64,000 nucleotides of DNA from NCBI GenBank assembly GCA_963725665.1, contig CAVRZA010000011.1, forward strand, positions 128,001 to 192,000, given 5' to 3'. The notes under the pieces were generated by a model, which ran no database searches, had not been told where the DNA came from, and was given only the letters and a program-made list of their open reading frames with translations. Below, in pieces: positions 20,796-30,575 of the stretch; the stretch's first letter is position 1, and the number at the start of each line of letters is the position of its first letter. The stretch comes from an uncultured Actinomycetes bacterium (GTDB lineage: Bacteria; Actinomycetota; Thermoleophilia; UBA2241). Both the position numbers and the translations under genes were made by a program.

Positions 20796-20914
20796 GCCTG
20801 GGATCCTCCGTGGGCCGGTCGTCGCCGTCACCGGGCGCGATTGGATCGGGCGCGGCTGGGGCGGGCGCCTCCGGCCGCCCCAGCCGCGCCTACTCTACCC
20901 CCCGCGCGCCGGCC

Positions 20915-21643
20915 CTACGCCTGCCCGAGCAGCGCCTTGAGCCGCATCGCGTCGTGCGCCGCGTAGCCGCGCTGGTCGTTGTCGAAATAGACCCGCACCT
21001 CGCGCCCCTCGTGCGCCCACGCGGCACACTTTCCTGCCCACTCGGCCAGGCTCGCGTCGTCGTAGCTGCCGCTGTAGCGCCCAGGACCGTGCAGGCGCAC
21101 GTACACGAGCGGCGCGGTGACGATCTCAGGGGTCGGCCTGCCGTGCAGGTCGGAGATGCAGAACGTCGCCGCGCGGCGCTCAAGCGCCGCGTACACAGAC
21201 GGATCGAACCACGTCGTCTCGCGAAACTCGAACGCGGCGGACGACCCCGTCGGGAGCAGCTCCAGAAAGGCCTTCAGGCGCTCCAGGCGCAGCGGGAACG
21301 AGGGTGGCAGCTGAAAGAGGAGCGGCCCGAGCGCTTCGCCCAGGCCGCTCGCGCGCTCGACGAACTGCGCCAGCGCCTCCTCGGCGCCCGCCAGTCGTCG
21401 GTAGTGGGTGATGAACCGCGTCGCCTTGACCGCGTAGCTGAAGCCGCGTGGAGCGAGGTCGCGCCAACGCCTCACGGTCGTGTCGGACGGCAAACGGTAG
21501 AACGAGTTGTTGATCTCGACCGTGGCGAAGCGCTGCGCGTAGTAGGGGAGGAAGTCGGCCGGTCGCACCTCGGGCGGGTAGAACGGCCCCCGCCAGTGCG
21601 GGTAGGACCAGCCGGACGTGCCTACGAGGACTCCTGCGACCAT
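20915..21643 (-). CDS. DUF72 (YecE-like) protein
   Basis: GTSGWSY..W..FYP, TVEINNSFY, LFQLPP, YVRLHG, YFDND. Confidence 0.92.
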   Translation of the reverse strand: MVAGVLVGTSGWSYPHWRGPFYPPEVRPADFLPYYAQRFATVEINNSFYRLPSDTTVRRWRDLAPRGFSYAVKATRFITHYRRLAGAEEALAQFVERASGLGEALGPLLFQLPPSFPLRLERLKAFLELLPTGSSAAFEFRETTWFDPSVYAALERRAATFCISDLHGRPTPEIVTAPLVYVRLHGPGRYSGSYDDASLAEWAGKCAAWAHEGREVRVYFDNDQRGYAAHDAMRLKALLGQA

Positions 21644-21783
21644 GACCACCCCATTCTAGCCGTCGGGCATCGGAGCCGGGATCGCAGACGAGCCCGGCAT
21701 CCTCTTGTTTGGGGCGGGGAACAAGGAAGCTGCACCACAGGCGGCCGGAAGCGGCCGCCCCAGACCCGAGAGAGGATGATCAC

Positions 21784-22833
21784 GTGGCACGACCGATGAA
21801 GCTCGTCTCCACCAACGGATCGGCAATCGTGGGCACGGGCCCGATGGCCGGCGAGGCCTCCGACGCCGAGTTGCTCGACGCTTACTCCGAGGCGGTCATA
21901 GCCGCCGCCGAGCGCGTCAGCCCATCGGTCGTGAACATAGAGGTGACACACGCGCAACGCCGGCCGACCGGGCGCGGGCCGCGCCCGCTGCCGGGACGTC
22001 CCGACGAGCAACGAGGCACGGGCTCGGGCTTCGTGTTCACGCCCGACGGGTTCATCCTCACCAACAGCCACGTCGTGCACGATGCTTCCTCGACCATCGT
22101 CACGCTTTCGGATGGGCGGGAGGCGCCGGCGCAGCTCGTGGGCGACGACCCAGACACCGATCTGGCCGTCATCCGCATCGAGGGCCCGACCGTCCAAGCC
22201 GCCGAGATGGGCGATTCGCTAGCCCTGCGCGTGGGACAGCTCGTCGTGGCCATAGGCAACCCCTACGGCTTCCAGACCACCGTGACCGCAGGCGTGGTCA
22301 GCGCCCTTGGGCGCTCGTTGCGCTCTCAGAACGGGCGCCTCATCGACAACCTGATCCAGACCGACGCGGCCCTGAACCCCGGCAACTCGGGCGGTCCGCT
22401 CGTCACCTCGAGCGGGCGGGTCGTCGGCGTGAACACGGCCGTCATCCTTCCCGCCCAGGGGATCTGCTTCGCCATTGCGGTGAACACGGCCGTCTTCGTC
22501 GCCGGTAAGCTCATCAAGGACGGCCACATCACCCGCGGCTACCTCGGCATCGCCGGCCAGACTGTGCCCGTCCACAGGCGCCTCGTGCGCTTCTTCCACC
22601 TGCCCGTCGAGACGGCGGTGCTGGTGGTGGGCGTGGAGCCCGACAGTCCGGCGCAGCGCGCCGGTCTGCGCGAAGGTGACCTGTTGATCGCCTACAACGG
22701 CCGCGAACTGCCCGATGTCGATACACTGCACCGCATACTCACCGAGGACGAGGTCGGCGCGCGAGCGGAACTCGGGGTGATCAGGCGCACGCAGAAGCTG
22801 TCGCTCGATATCATCCCGGCACGGGCTGCCTGA
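21784..22833 (+). CDS. HtrA/DegP-like serine protease with PDZ domain, no signal peptide
   Basis: [30 protein letters not shown]; [11 protein letters not shown]. Confidence 0.92.
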   Translation: MARPMKLVSTNGSAIVGTGPMAGEASDAELLDAYSEAVIAAAERVSPSVVNIEVTHAQRRPTGRGPRPLPGRPDEQRGTGSGFVFTPDGFILTNSHVVHDASSTIVTLSDGREAPAQLVGDDPDTDLAVIRIEGPTVQAAEMGDSLALRVGQLVVAIGNPYGFQTTVTAGVVSALGRSLRSQNGRLIDNLIQTDAALNPGNSGGPLVTSSGRVVGVNTAVILPAQGICFAIAVNTAVFVAGKLIKDGHITRGYLGIAGQTVPVHRRLVRFFHLPVETAVLVVGVEPDSPAQRAGLREGDLLIAYNGRELPDVDTLHRILTEDEVGARAELGVIRRTQKLSLDIIPARAA

Positions 22834-22889
22834 CCGGGCGCCGGGGCGATCCCGCGCACAGCGCCCGCCGCAGGCGAAAGGAGAGAAGG

Positions 22890-23303
22890 ATGCCGGCTCA
22901 AGAAGGGAAGTGGCGCAAGTCGCCGCCCGAGCTCATCGACACGCTGCACGAGACCGTCGGCGCCGCGCTCCCCGATGACGCTGCCGTCGACTTCCGGCCG
23001 ATGTTCGGCTATCCGTGCTACTGGACCGGGGGCAACATGTTCTTCGCCACGCACCAGGACAACTTGATCCTGCGGCTGTCAGACGAGGACCGCGCCGCTT
23101 TTTCCGGCGTCCCCGACGCGCGGCTCTTCGAGCCGATGCCCGGTCGACCCATGAGAGAGTACGTGGTCGTCCCGCCCAAGCTCGTGGCCGATCGGGCGAC
23201 GCTGCAGGAATGGGTGGCGAAGGGCTATCGCTACGCGGCCTCGCTGCCGCCCAAGGAGAAGAAGGCCAATAAGCGGCCGGCGTCGACCGAAGCCAAGGGG
23301 TAG
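22890..23303 (+). CDS. TfoX/Sxy N-terminal domain protein
   Basis: MFGYP..GNMF, FEPMPGRPMREYV. Confidence 0.85.
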   Translation: MPAQEGKWRKSPPELIDTLHETVGAALPDDAAVDFRPMFGYPCYWTGGNMFFATHQDNLILRLSDEDRAAFSGVPDARLFEPMPGRPMREYVVVPPKLVADRATLQEWVAKGYRYAASLPPKEKKANKRPASTEAKG

Positions 23304-23348
23304 CCGGCGGGGCGAGCCCGCGGTGAACAGAGTCAGGGGAGGACAGAC

Positions 23349-23801
23349 ATGAGTGGATCGGGAGCGAACGGCGGCGGTGCGCCGGGCAGCGCTGCAGAGG
23401 AGCCCGTGGGAGGCGTCGGCGAGGAACGCGCCTGGCGGGTACGCACCGAGCGCCTGCGTGTGACGGGCGGCGACCTCTACGGCAAGCTGCGGCAGCTCGT
23501 GCACGAAGGCAACGTGCGGCGCATCATCATCAGGGGCGGCGACGAGCGCGTCCTGATCGATATCCCCGTGACCGTCGGCGTCGTGGGCGCCGTGCTGGCG
23601 CCCTTCGCGGTGGCCATCGCCGCCCTGGCTGCCATAGCGACGCGTTGCACGATCGAGGTCGAGCGCGTCGAGGAAGAAGCGCCGGCGGGTAAGGCTGAGG
23701 CGGCAGCCGACGCCCAGGCCGCCGCAGGAGCCGAGACCACGGGCACCCAGACGGGGGCCGAAGCTCCCTCCGCGCAGAGGGCGAAGAAGACCAAGGGCTG
23801 A
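23349..23801 (+). CDS. DUF4342 protein
   Basis: HEGNVRRIII, IPVTVG, CTIEVER. Confidence 0.85.
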   Translation: MSGSGANGGGAPGSAAEEPVGGVGEERAWRVRTERLRVTGGDLYGKLRQLVHEGNVRRIIIRGGDERVLIDIPVTVGVVGAVLAPFAVAIAALAAIATRCTIEVERVEEEAPAGKAEAAADAQAAAGAETTGTQTGAEAPSAQRAKKTKG

Positions 23802-23840
23802 AGCCGCCAGACGAGGCCGCCCCTCGGGGGGCCGGCGACC

Positions 23841-25388
23841 TCAGTCGATGAGACCGTCGACGCCCGGCACGTCGACCGGCTGTGGCGGCACCGGGTCCTC
23901 CGGCAACCCCTCGACGTGCTCGATGGCGCGCTGGGCGGCGGCGCGGCCCTCGCGGATGCAGTCGCCGATACCGATGCCGTGATAGGCGCCGCCGGCGATC
24001 TCGACGCCGGGCACACGCGCCACCTCATCTTCAATGCGGCGCACCAGGTCGGCGTGACCGACGCGGTACTGTGGCATGCCGAGAGGCCAACGGAAGACTC
24101 GCGAAAGCACGGGTGTCGCGCGGATGCCCAGGACGACGGCGAGCTCCTCGCGCACCAGCGCGAGGAGCTCGCCGTCGTCCAACGTGGCGTACTGCTCGAA
24201 CCCGGCCCGACCGACGAAGCTGCGCACAAGGACGTACCCCTCGGGGGCGCGCCCGCTGAACTTGGTCGAGCTCCAGGTCGTCGCCATGACGCCGCGTCCC
24301 TCCGCGCGCGGCGTCACGTAGCCGAAGCCGCGCAGCGGGTGCTGCACCTCGGCGCGGCGGAACGCCAGCGAGACGGTGGCCGACGTCACGTAGGGGATCG
24401 AGGTGAGCCCGGCTGCGGCCTGCGGCGCGATGCCCGCCAACAGCTCGCCGCTGGCGAAGGCCGGCGTCGCCAGGACGACGGCGTCGACGACCTCCGTCGT
24501 GCCGTCACTGAGCGTGAGGCGATAGCGGGCGGTGACGCCCGCCTCACCGCGCCCCGTCTCCGCAGCCGTTGGGTCCAGTCGCTCCACCGATATCCCGAGG
24601 CGCAGGCGGTCGGCCGGCAGCGCCGCCTGGACCGCGTCACTGAGGTCGCCGAGGCCGGTCGCGAACGAGAGAAAGTAGGAGCGCCGGCGCTCCGGCGGGC
24701 CCGCGCCCGCCGGCGCAGCGGCGGCGCGGGCGCGGGCCCGGCGGCGCTGCACCATCCCCACCGTGAGGCTGCGGTACTTGTTCTCCATCTCCAAGAACAT
24801 GGGGAAGGTCGAGCGCACGCTCATGAGCTCGGGGTTGCCGGCGTGGATGCCGGCGACGATCGGCTCGGCGATCTTGTCGAGCGCCTCGCGCCCCAGGCGG
24901 CGGCGCACGAAGTCGCCGAGGCTCTCGTCGCCGCCGCCGCGCGCCGCAGCGCCGCGGGGCAGCATGAGGTCGAGACCCATACGCGCCTTGCCCGGCCAGG
25001 AGATCAGGGAGCTGAGGGCGAAGGGCACGAGGCGCGTCGGGACCATCAGGATCAGCCCCTCGGGCAGCTCGTGCAGCCGCCCGCCGGAGTAGATGAAGCT
25101 CTTGCGGATGGCCTCGTTGGAGTCGAGCACACGCTCTTCGATGCCGAGCTCGCGGGCGAGCTGGATCGGCCAGGGTTTCTCGACCATGAAGGAGTCCGGT
25201 CCGCCCTCGACCACGAAGCCGTCGAGGCGCTCGGTGTGCACCTTGCCGCCCAGACGCCGGTCCTTCTCGAACAGCAGCCAGTCGACGGATCGGCCGCCGC
25301 GGCGCTGGCTCTCGAGCTCGTAGGCCACCCCCAACCCGGCCATGCCGCCGCCTATCACAGCGACGCGGCGCCGTTGCTCTTCGGGCAT
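23841..25388 (-). CDS. hemY: Coproporphyrinogen III / protoporphyrinogen oxidase (HemY/CgoX)
   Basis: GGGMAG, EGGPDSF, GIHAG, KFSGRAP, MPQYRVGH, GIGIGDCI; start MPEEQRRR. Confidence 0.92.
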   Translation of the reverse strand: MPEEQRRRVAVIGGGMAGLGVAYELESQRRGGRSVDWLLFEKDRRLGGKVHTERLDGFVVEGGPDSFMVEKPWPIQLARELGIEERVLDSNEAIRKSFIYSGGRLHELPEGLILMVPTRLVPFALSSLISWPGKARMGLDLMLPRGAAARGGGDESLGDFVRRRLGREALDKIAEPIVAGIHAGNPELMSVRSTFPMFLEMENKYRSLTVGMVQRRRARARAAAAPAGAGPPERRRSYFLSFATGLGDLSDAVQAALPADRLRLGISVERLDPTAAETGRGEAGVTARYRLTLSDGTTEVVDAVVLATPAFASGELLAGIAPQAAAGLTSIPYVTSATVSLAFRRAEVQHPLRGFGYVTPRAEGRGVMATTWSSTKFSGRAPEGYVLVRSFVGRAGFEQYATLDDGELLALVREELAVVLGIRATPVLSRVFRWPLGMPQYRVGHADLVRRIEDEVARVPGVEIAGGAYHGIGIGDCIREGRAAAQRAIEHVEGLPEDPVPPQPVDVPGVDGLID

Positions 25389-25393
25389 GAGGC

Positions 25394-26347
25394 TCACCCC
25401 GCCGCGGGCGACGATAGATCGGGCAGGGGCCGCAGCGCGAGGTACCTGATCACGGCGTCGGCGAGCGCCGCGATGCAGCGCCGCGAGTCGTTGGCGGGCT
25501 CGCTGCGCAGGTAGTGCATGCCGGCCTCCTCGACCACCCGGCGCAGCACGACGTCCAGGTCGTACAGGGTCTCGACGTTGTCGCAAAGGAAGCCCACGGG
25601 CACGACGAGCAGCTTGCGCCAGCCCTGAGCGGCGAACTGCATGGCGACGTCCTCGACGTCGGGCTCGAGCCACCGTGCATCGCCCCGCCGGCCCTTGCTC
25701 TGCCACGCCAGGCGCCAGTCACCCGGCATGATCATGGGGAGGAGTTGCGCGATCGTGTGCTGGATCTCGTCCACGTAAGGATCGCCCCCGAGGATCGTCT
25801 CCTCGGGCACGTTGTGCGCCGTGAACAGCAACGCGTACTCGCTCGACTCGCGTCCGTCGAGGGCGCGCGCCACGTGCTCGCTGATCGCCTGCACGTACTG
25901 CGGGTCGGCCGACCAGCCCTCGATCAGCGGCACGTCGGCGCGCCTCGTCTCGGCGAGGGCCTTCTTGTACGTGTCGGTGGTCAGGCGCGACGTGTAGGGC
26001 GAGAGCGAGAGCGCCAGCACGTCGTGCGCGTCCAGCCCGGCCAGGGCCTCGGCGACGCTCGGCGGGGCGTGCAGATATCCGGGCCGCACGCGCACGACAA
26101 ACCCCAGCCGCTGGGCCAGCTCGGCCTCGAGAGCCTTGGCGATGCGCTCGCTGATCTCCATCAACGGTGAAGCGCCGCCCACGGCGGCGTACTTCTCCTC
26201 GACCGCGCGCAGCAGTTCGGGCGGGGCCTCGACGCCCGTCAGCCGCACCATGAACGCGGGGATCTCCTCGAGGTTGCGGGGACCGCCGAAGGAGAGCAGA
26301 GCGACGTCGAGGACGGAACCGCTCGCGCTCGAGCCCGTCGCCGCCAT
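25394..26347 (-). CDS. hemH: Ferrochelatase (HemH/CpfC)
   Basis: FGGP, YAAVGGASPL, FTAH, AWQS, WLEP, GFLCDNVETLYDLD. Confidence 0.9.
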   Translation of the reverse strand: MAATGSSASGSVLDVALLSFGGPRNLEEIPAFMVRLTGVEAPPELLRAVEEKYAAVGGASPLMEISERIAKALEAELAQRLGFVVRVRPGYLHAPPSVAEALAGLDAHDVLALSLSPYTSRLTTDTYKKALAETRRADVPLIEGWSADPQYVQAISEHVARALDGRESSEYALLFTAHNVPEETILGGDPYVDEIQHTIAQLLPMIMPGDWRLAWQSKGRRGDARWLEPDVEDVAMQFAAQGWRKLLVVPVGFLCDNVETLYDLDVVLRRVVEEAGMHYLRSEPANDSRRCIAALADAVIRYLALRPLPDLSSPAAG

Positions 26348-26348
26348 C

Positions 26349-27380
26349 TCAATCGGCCGTTCGCGACGAGAGACGATGCACCGTGTCGACCAGGAAACGC
26401 ACATTGTCGGGCGGCGTCTGCGGCAGGATGCCGTGGCCCAGGTTGAAGACGTGTCCCGGGCGTCCCGCGGCGCGGCGCAGGATGTCGGCCGCGCGCTCCT
26501 CGATGCCGGCCTGCGGTCCGAGCAGCACCACGGGGTCGAGGTTGCCCTGGATGGCCACGTCGTGGCCGATCTCGTCCCAAGCTCGGTCGAGGTCGATGCG
26601 CCAGTCGACGCCGATCACATCGCCGCCCTGCGCGCGGACCAGCGGCAGCATGCCCTCGGCCCCGTTGACGAAATGGATCACCGGCGCGCCGTGCCCGCTC
26701 ACACGAGCGAGCACGGCGCGCGTGTAGGGCGCGACGTACTTCTCGTAGTCGTACGGCGCCAGCGCGCCGACCCAGGAATCGAAGAGCTGCAGACACTGCG
26801 CGCCCGCGTCGATCTGGGCCAGCAGATAGCGCGACACGGTCTCGGCGACAACCTCCATGAGGCGGCCCCAGGCGAGCTGGTCCGAGTACATGAGGCCCTT
26901 CACGAGGGCGTAGGAGCGCGAATGCCCCCCCTCGACGATGTAGCTCGCGAGCGTGAACGGCGCCCCGGCGAAGCCGATCAACGGCAGCCGGCCAGCGAGC
27001 TCAGCCCGCACCAGGCGGATGGCATCGAGCACGTAGGGCAGGTCCTCCCGCGGGTCGGCGGCGCGCACCTGGTCGAGGTCGGAGGCCTCCCGGACGGGGC
27101 GCTCGATGACGGGGCCCTCGTGGTCGGTGAAGTGGAAGCCGATGCCCATGCCCTCGAGCGGCAGCAAGATGTCGGCGAAGATGATGGCCGCATCGAGGTC
27201 GAAGGCGGCGACCGGCTGTAGCGTCACCTCCGCGGCGACATCAGGCCGGCGGCACATCTCCATGAACGAGAGCTTCTCCTTGATGGCCCGATACTCGGGC
27301 ATGTAGCGCCCGGCCTGGCGCATGAGCCAGACGGGCGTGGCGTCGACGGGGCGGCGGGCACAGGCTTCGAGGAAGCGCAC
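26349..27380 (-). CDS. hemE: Uroporphyrinogen decarboxylase
   Basis: PVWLMRQAGRYMPEYR, DAAIIFADIL, QLFDSW, FNLGHG. Confidence 0.96.
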   Translation of the reverse strand: MRFLEACARRPVDATPVWLMRQAGRYMPEYRAIKEKLSFMEMCRRPDVAAEVTLQPVAAFDLDAAIIFADILLPLEGMGIGFHFTDHEGPVIERPVREASDLDQVRAADPREDLPYVLDAIRLVRAELAGRLPLIGFAGAPFTLASYIVEGGHSRSYALVKGLMYSDQLAWGRLMEVVAETVSRYLLAQIDAGAQCLQLFDSWVGALAPYDYEKYVAPYTRAVLARVSGHGAPVIHFVNGAEGMLPLVRAQGGDVIGVDWRIDLDRAWDEIGHDVAIQGNLDPVVLLGPQAGIEERAADILRRAAGRPGHVFNLGHGILPQTPPDNVRFLVDTVHRLSSRTAD

Positions 27381-27498
27381 GGGCAGCTCTTCACGCGATC
27401 GCAGGGACGGGCCGGACGCTCATTGTAGCCTCTCGCACGCAGGCGCGCACGACGACGGCTCCCGCCGGCCACCCTGCCGGTGCGCTCTGACCACTGCG

Positions 27499-27744
27499 TC
27501 AGAGGGCGGGTCGGTATCCCTCGCCGAGCGCCGCCCTGTGGCAGGTGGAGCACACGGTGACGTGTTCGCCGCCGCGGATCGGCGACACTAGGGTGAAACG
27601 ACGCACGTCGCGGTCCAGGGGACGACCGCACAGCGAGCAGTGGATGAGATAGCTCTCCGGGGCCGGAACGACCTCGAGGTGTCTTTTGCGATCGTGCGAG
27701 CGAGGCCGATCACCGGGTGACGGAAGCGGGACGCCCTGCGCCAT
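27499..27744 (-). CDS. Small hypothetical CxxC..CxxC protein
   Basis: SD AAGGAGG before ATG 27744; CSLC and CSTC. Confidence 0.65.
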   Translation of the reverse strand: MAQGVPLPSPGDRPRSHDRKRHLEVVPAPESYLIHCSLCGRPLDRDVRRFTLVSPIRGGEHVTVCSTCHRAALGEGYRPAL

Positions 27745-28002
27745 CACTTCCTCCTTCTCGGGGCCGAAAGCAACGTCCGTCGGGTCTCCCCGTGACACGT
27801 TGAGCAGCCATATTCCCGGCGGGGTCCACACCGTAACGCCACCGTTGCCCATCCCCGGGGAGCGGCGCACGGGACGCGCCTAAAGAGCACGGGGCGATGG
27901 GCCGACATAAGAAGGAGGGCGGCTGAAGCGGGCTTGCGGCGCATGATCCGACCGACTGCGCCGCGAGCCGGAGGCGGATGTGTGGGCAGCGGGAGGTCGA
28001 CC

Positions 28003-29346
28003 ATGAAGTGCGCCATGGCGCTCGTGATCCTGGTGTTGAGCGGCGTTGTCGGAGCGACGTTCGCCGGCCCCGCGTTCGCCTCACACCAGCAGGCGCTCCT
28101 CCTCCCGAGGATCACGCACGCTGGCGACGAGAGCGGAGCCGTGGTCCCGCATGGGATCACTGCGCTTGCGGCGCAGGGCGGCGCCGGCGCCGTCAACGGC
28201 ACGGTGTACGCGTTCGACGGCAGTCGAATCGAGGCGGCACAAGTCTACGCCGGCTGGCGCGAGGGCGACTCCTCTACTTTCCTTGATCCGGTGTCGACCG
28301 ACGCCTCGGGGTTCTACTCGGTGACCGGCGTGCCGGCCACGAGCCTCGGCGTCGTCCAGGCTACGCTCGCGTCGGATGATTACTTCCTCAGGAAGGGCCT
28401 GACCTTCGCAGACCCCGGACCGAGCACCTTCGACCTGCGCCCAGGGACGATTGGCTTCACCACGACGCGCGTGACGAGCGGCTGGGGCACCTGGACCTCC
28501 CTGGCCGTCTACACGGCGGGCAGCGAGGGCGAGGCACGAACGATCTCGACCGCCGGCGTGAACGGCAGCGCCTGGGCCATGGCGCCTGACGTGAGCTACG
28601 CAGTCGCCTACTACTGGTCGAACGAAGCGGCGGAGTACCGCTTCCCCTCTGCCGCGTCGGTGACGCCCGGGGCCGACGCGGGGGTCACGGCCGCCTTCAA
28701 GGAAGGTTCCGCCTTCAGGATGTGGATCGCCAAGCCGTACTGGTGGTCGGGCAAGCCCGGCAGCTCGCTCGAGCTGCACTACTCGGGCTGGCCGGCAGGC
28801 ACGGCGGCGCGCTTCCTCGGTGCGCCGGGCTATCCGCCCAGTGCGACAGCCACCACCTTCGGTGGCAAGCACCTTACGTCGGCGGGGACTAAGGAGACCG
28901 TGACCAAGGTCACGGTGCCCAGCACGGTCAAGCCGGGATACGCCTACACGGTGGAGATGTACCGCCCCGAGAACCCGGTCTGGATCGACCTCTCGGTCCG
29001 CTTTCAGGTCTGCACCCTCAACCCCAGCCACACCTCGGTGCGCAGCGGCGCAGCGGTGAAGCTCAGCGGCGTGGTCCCCGTCTCAGGCCACGCAGGCACC
29101 CAGCCGGGCGCTCCCGTCACGGTGACCATCTACCGGCGCACGACTGCCGCCAGCAGCCCGCCCACGGCATGGGATGCGACGACGCGCGGCTGGCGCAAGG
29201 TCGGCTCCTTCGCGACGACTGGTCTCGGCGCCTTCCACACCGGCTATCTGCACCCCACGCGCACCACGTGGTACGTCGCGCGCTACACGGCGCGCCCGCC
29301 TTATCTGAGGGCCTACACCTCGGTACGCAAGGTGACCGTGTACTGA
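28003..29346 (+). CDS. Secreted beta-rich protein with carboxypeptidase-regulatory-like domain
   Basis: SD GGGAGG; signal peptide; VNGTVY..TDASGFYSVTGVP; Thr/Gly/aromatic rich. Confidence 0.7.
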   Translation: MKCAMALVILVLSGVVGATFAGPAFASHQQALLLPRITHAGDESGAVVPHGITALAAQGGAGAVNGTVYAFDGSRIEAAQVYAGWREGDSSTFLDPVSTDASGFYSVTGVPATSLGVVQATLASDDYFLRKGLTFADPGPSTFDLRPGTIGFTTTRVTSGWGTWTSLAVYTAGSEGEARTISTAGVNGSAWAMAPDVSYAVAYYWSNEAAEYRFPSAASVTPGADAGVTAAFKEGSAFRMWIAKPYWWSGKPGSSLELHYSGWPAGTAARFLGAPGYPPSATATTFGGKHLTSAGTKETVTKVTVPSTVKPGYAYTVEMYRPENPVWIDLSVRFQVCTLNPSHTSVRSGAAVKLSGVVPVSGHAGTQPGAPVTVTIYRRTTAASSPPTAWDATTRGWRKVGSFATTGLGAFHTGYLHPTRTTWYVARYTARPPYLRAYTSVRKVTVY

Positions 29347-29401
29347 GCCCTCTCGCGCCTCACGCTAGCTACTCCGTTGACGGCGCGCTGAGTCCTGTCT
29401 C

Positions 29402-29501
29402 GCGCGCCTCGCGGGTCTCTGCGGACCCGCGAGGCGCGCGCGTTCAGGCGACGCCCAAGGCGGGGGCGGCGCCGGCCCGCGGCCGGCGCCGCCCCCGCCT
29501 T
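29402..29501. terminator. Two GC hairpins between the secreted-protein gene and the hdr operon
   Basis: 16-bp stem 29402-29439 and 21-bp perfect stem 29457-29501 (loop CGC). Confidence 0.55.
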
Positions 29502-29513
29502 ATGCCTTCCCGC

Positions 29514-29560
29514 CCTATCATAATAGGATTTTATTTGAGTTATAACTCCCGATTATCGAT
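29514..29560 (+). promoter_or_regulatory. AT-rich hdr promoter/operator region
   Basis: CCTAT-N4-ATAGG (29514-29527), GAGTTATAACTC perfect palindrome (29537-29548), CGATTATCG. Confidence 0.65.
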
Positions 29561-29599
29561 ACTACCCTCTTGGACAACGCCCGATGCAAGGGGAAGGCC

Positions 29600-30575
29600 A
29601 TGGCGACCACGACTCCCGACATCCCGCGCGTCACCGGCGGGGTGCTGCTCTTCAGAAGCTGTCTCATATCGGCCGAGTATCCCGGCGTCGAGGCGGCGAC
29701 GAAGTACCTCTTCGAGCGCTTCGACATCGAGTACACGGTGCACCCTGAGCAGACGTGCTGTACCGGGCTCGGCTACTACTCCGACCTGATGCCCTTCGCC
29801 ACCACGGCCGCCATGGCGGCCCGCAACGCCTGCGTCGCCGTCGAGGACGGGCACCCCGTGATGAGCTACCTGTGCTCGACCTGCTACGCCATCAACAAGA
29901 AGGCGCACAAGGTCCTCGAGGTCCCCAAGCACCGCGAGGCGACCAACCGCGTGCTGGCCGAGATCGACCGCGCCTACGACGACCGCGTCGCCGGCCGCCA
30001 TCGATCACCGCCACACCCTCGAGATCCTCTGGAGCGCGCACGAGTCGATGCCGCAGCTGATCCGGCGCCGGCTCGAAGGCGTCAAGGTCGCCACCCACCC
30101 CGCCTGCCACTACTGCAAGGTCTTCCCCGACGACGTGGTCGGCGACGCCGAGAACTTCATGATCCCCGAGGACCTGCTGGAGCCGGCCGGTGTCGTGTCG
30201 ACCGGCTACTACAACGAGAAGACGACCCACTGCGGCGCCGGCTTTCGCCAGCGCTTCGTCAACCCGCAGATCTCGGTCGCGGTGACGCAGCAGAAGCTGC
30301 GCCGGCTGACCGAGCTCGGCGTCGACGTGCTGGTGCACATGTGCCCCAACTGCGCCGTGCAGTTCGACCGCTTCCACGACATCATCAGCGAGGGCTCGGG
30401 CGAGGAGTACCCCTTCGTGCACCTGCACGTGCAGCAGCTCCTGGCACTGGCGCTGGGCGCCGACGCCGACGGCGTGTGCGGCGTCGCCTCTCACTCGCAG
30501 AACGTCGAGCCCTTCCTCGAGCGCATCGGGGCTCGCGAGAAGGTCGCGGTGGCGATGAGTGGGGGTCCGCGATGA
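29600..30575 (+). CDS. hdrB: Heterodisulfide reductase subunit B (indel near 30003)
   Basis: FRSCL, QTCCTG, CSTC, HPACHY, HCGAGFRQR, CPNCAVQFD CCG-domain motifs. Confidence 0.88.
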
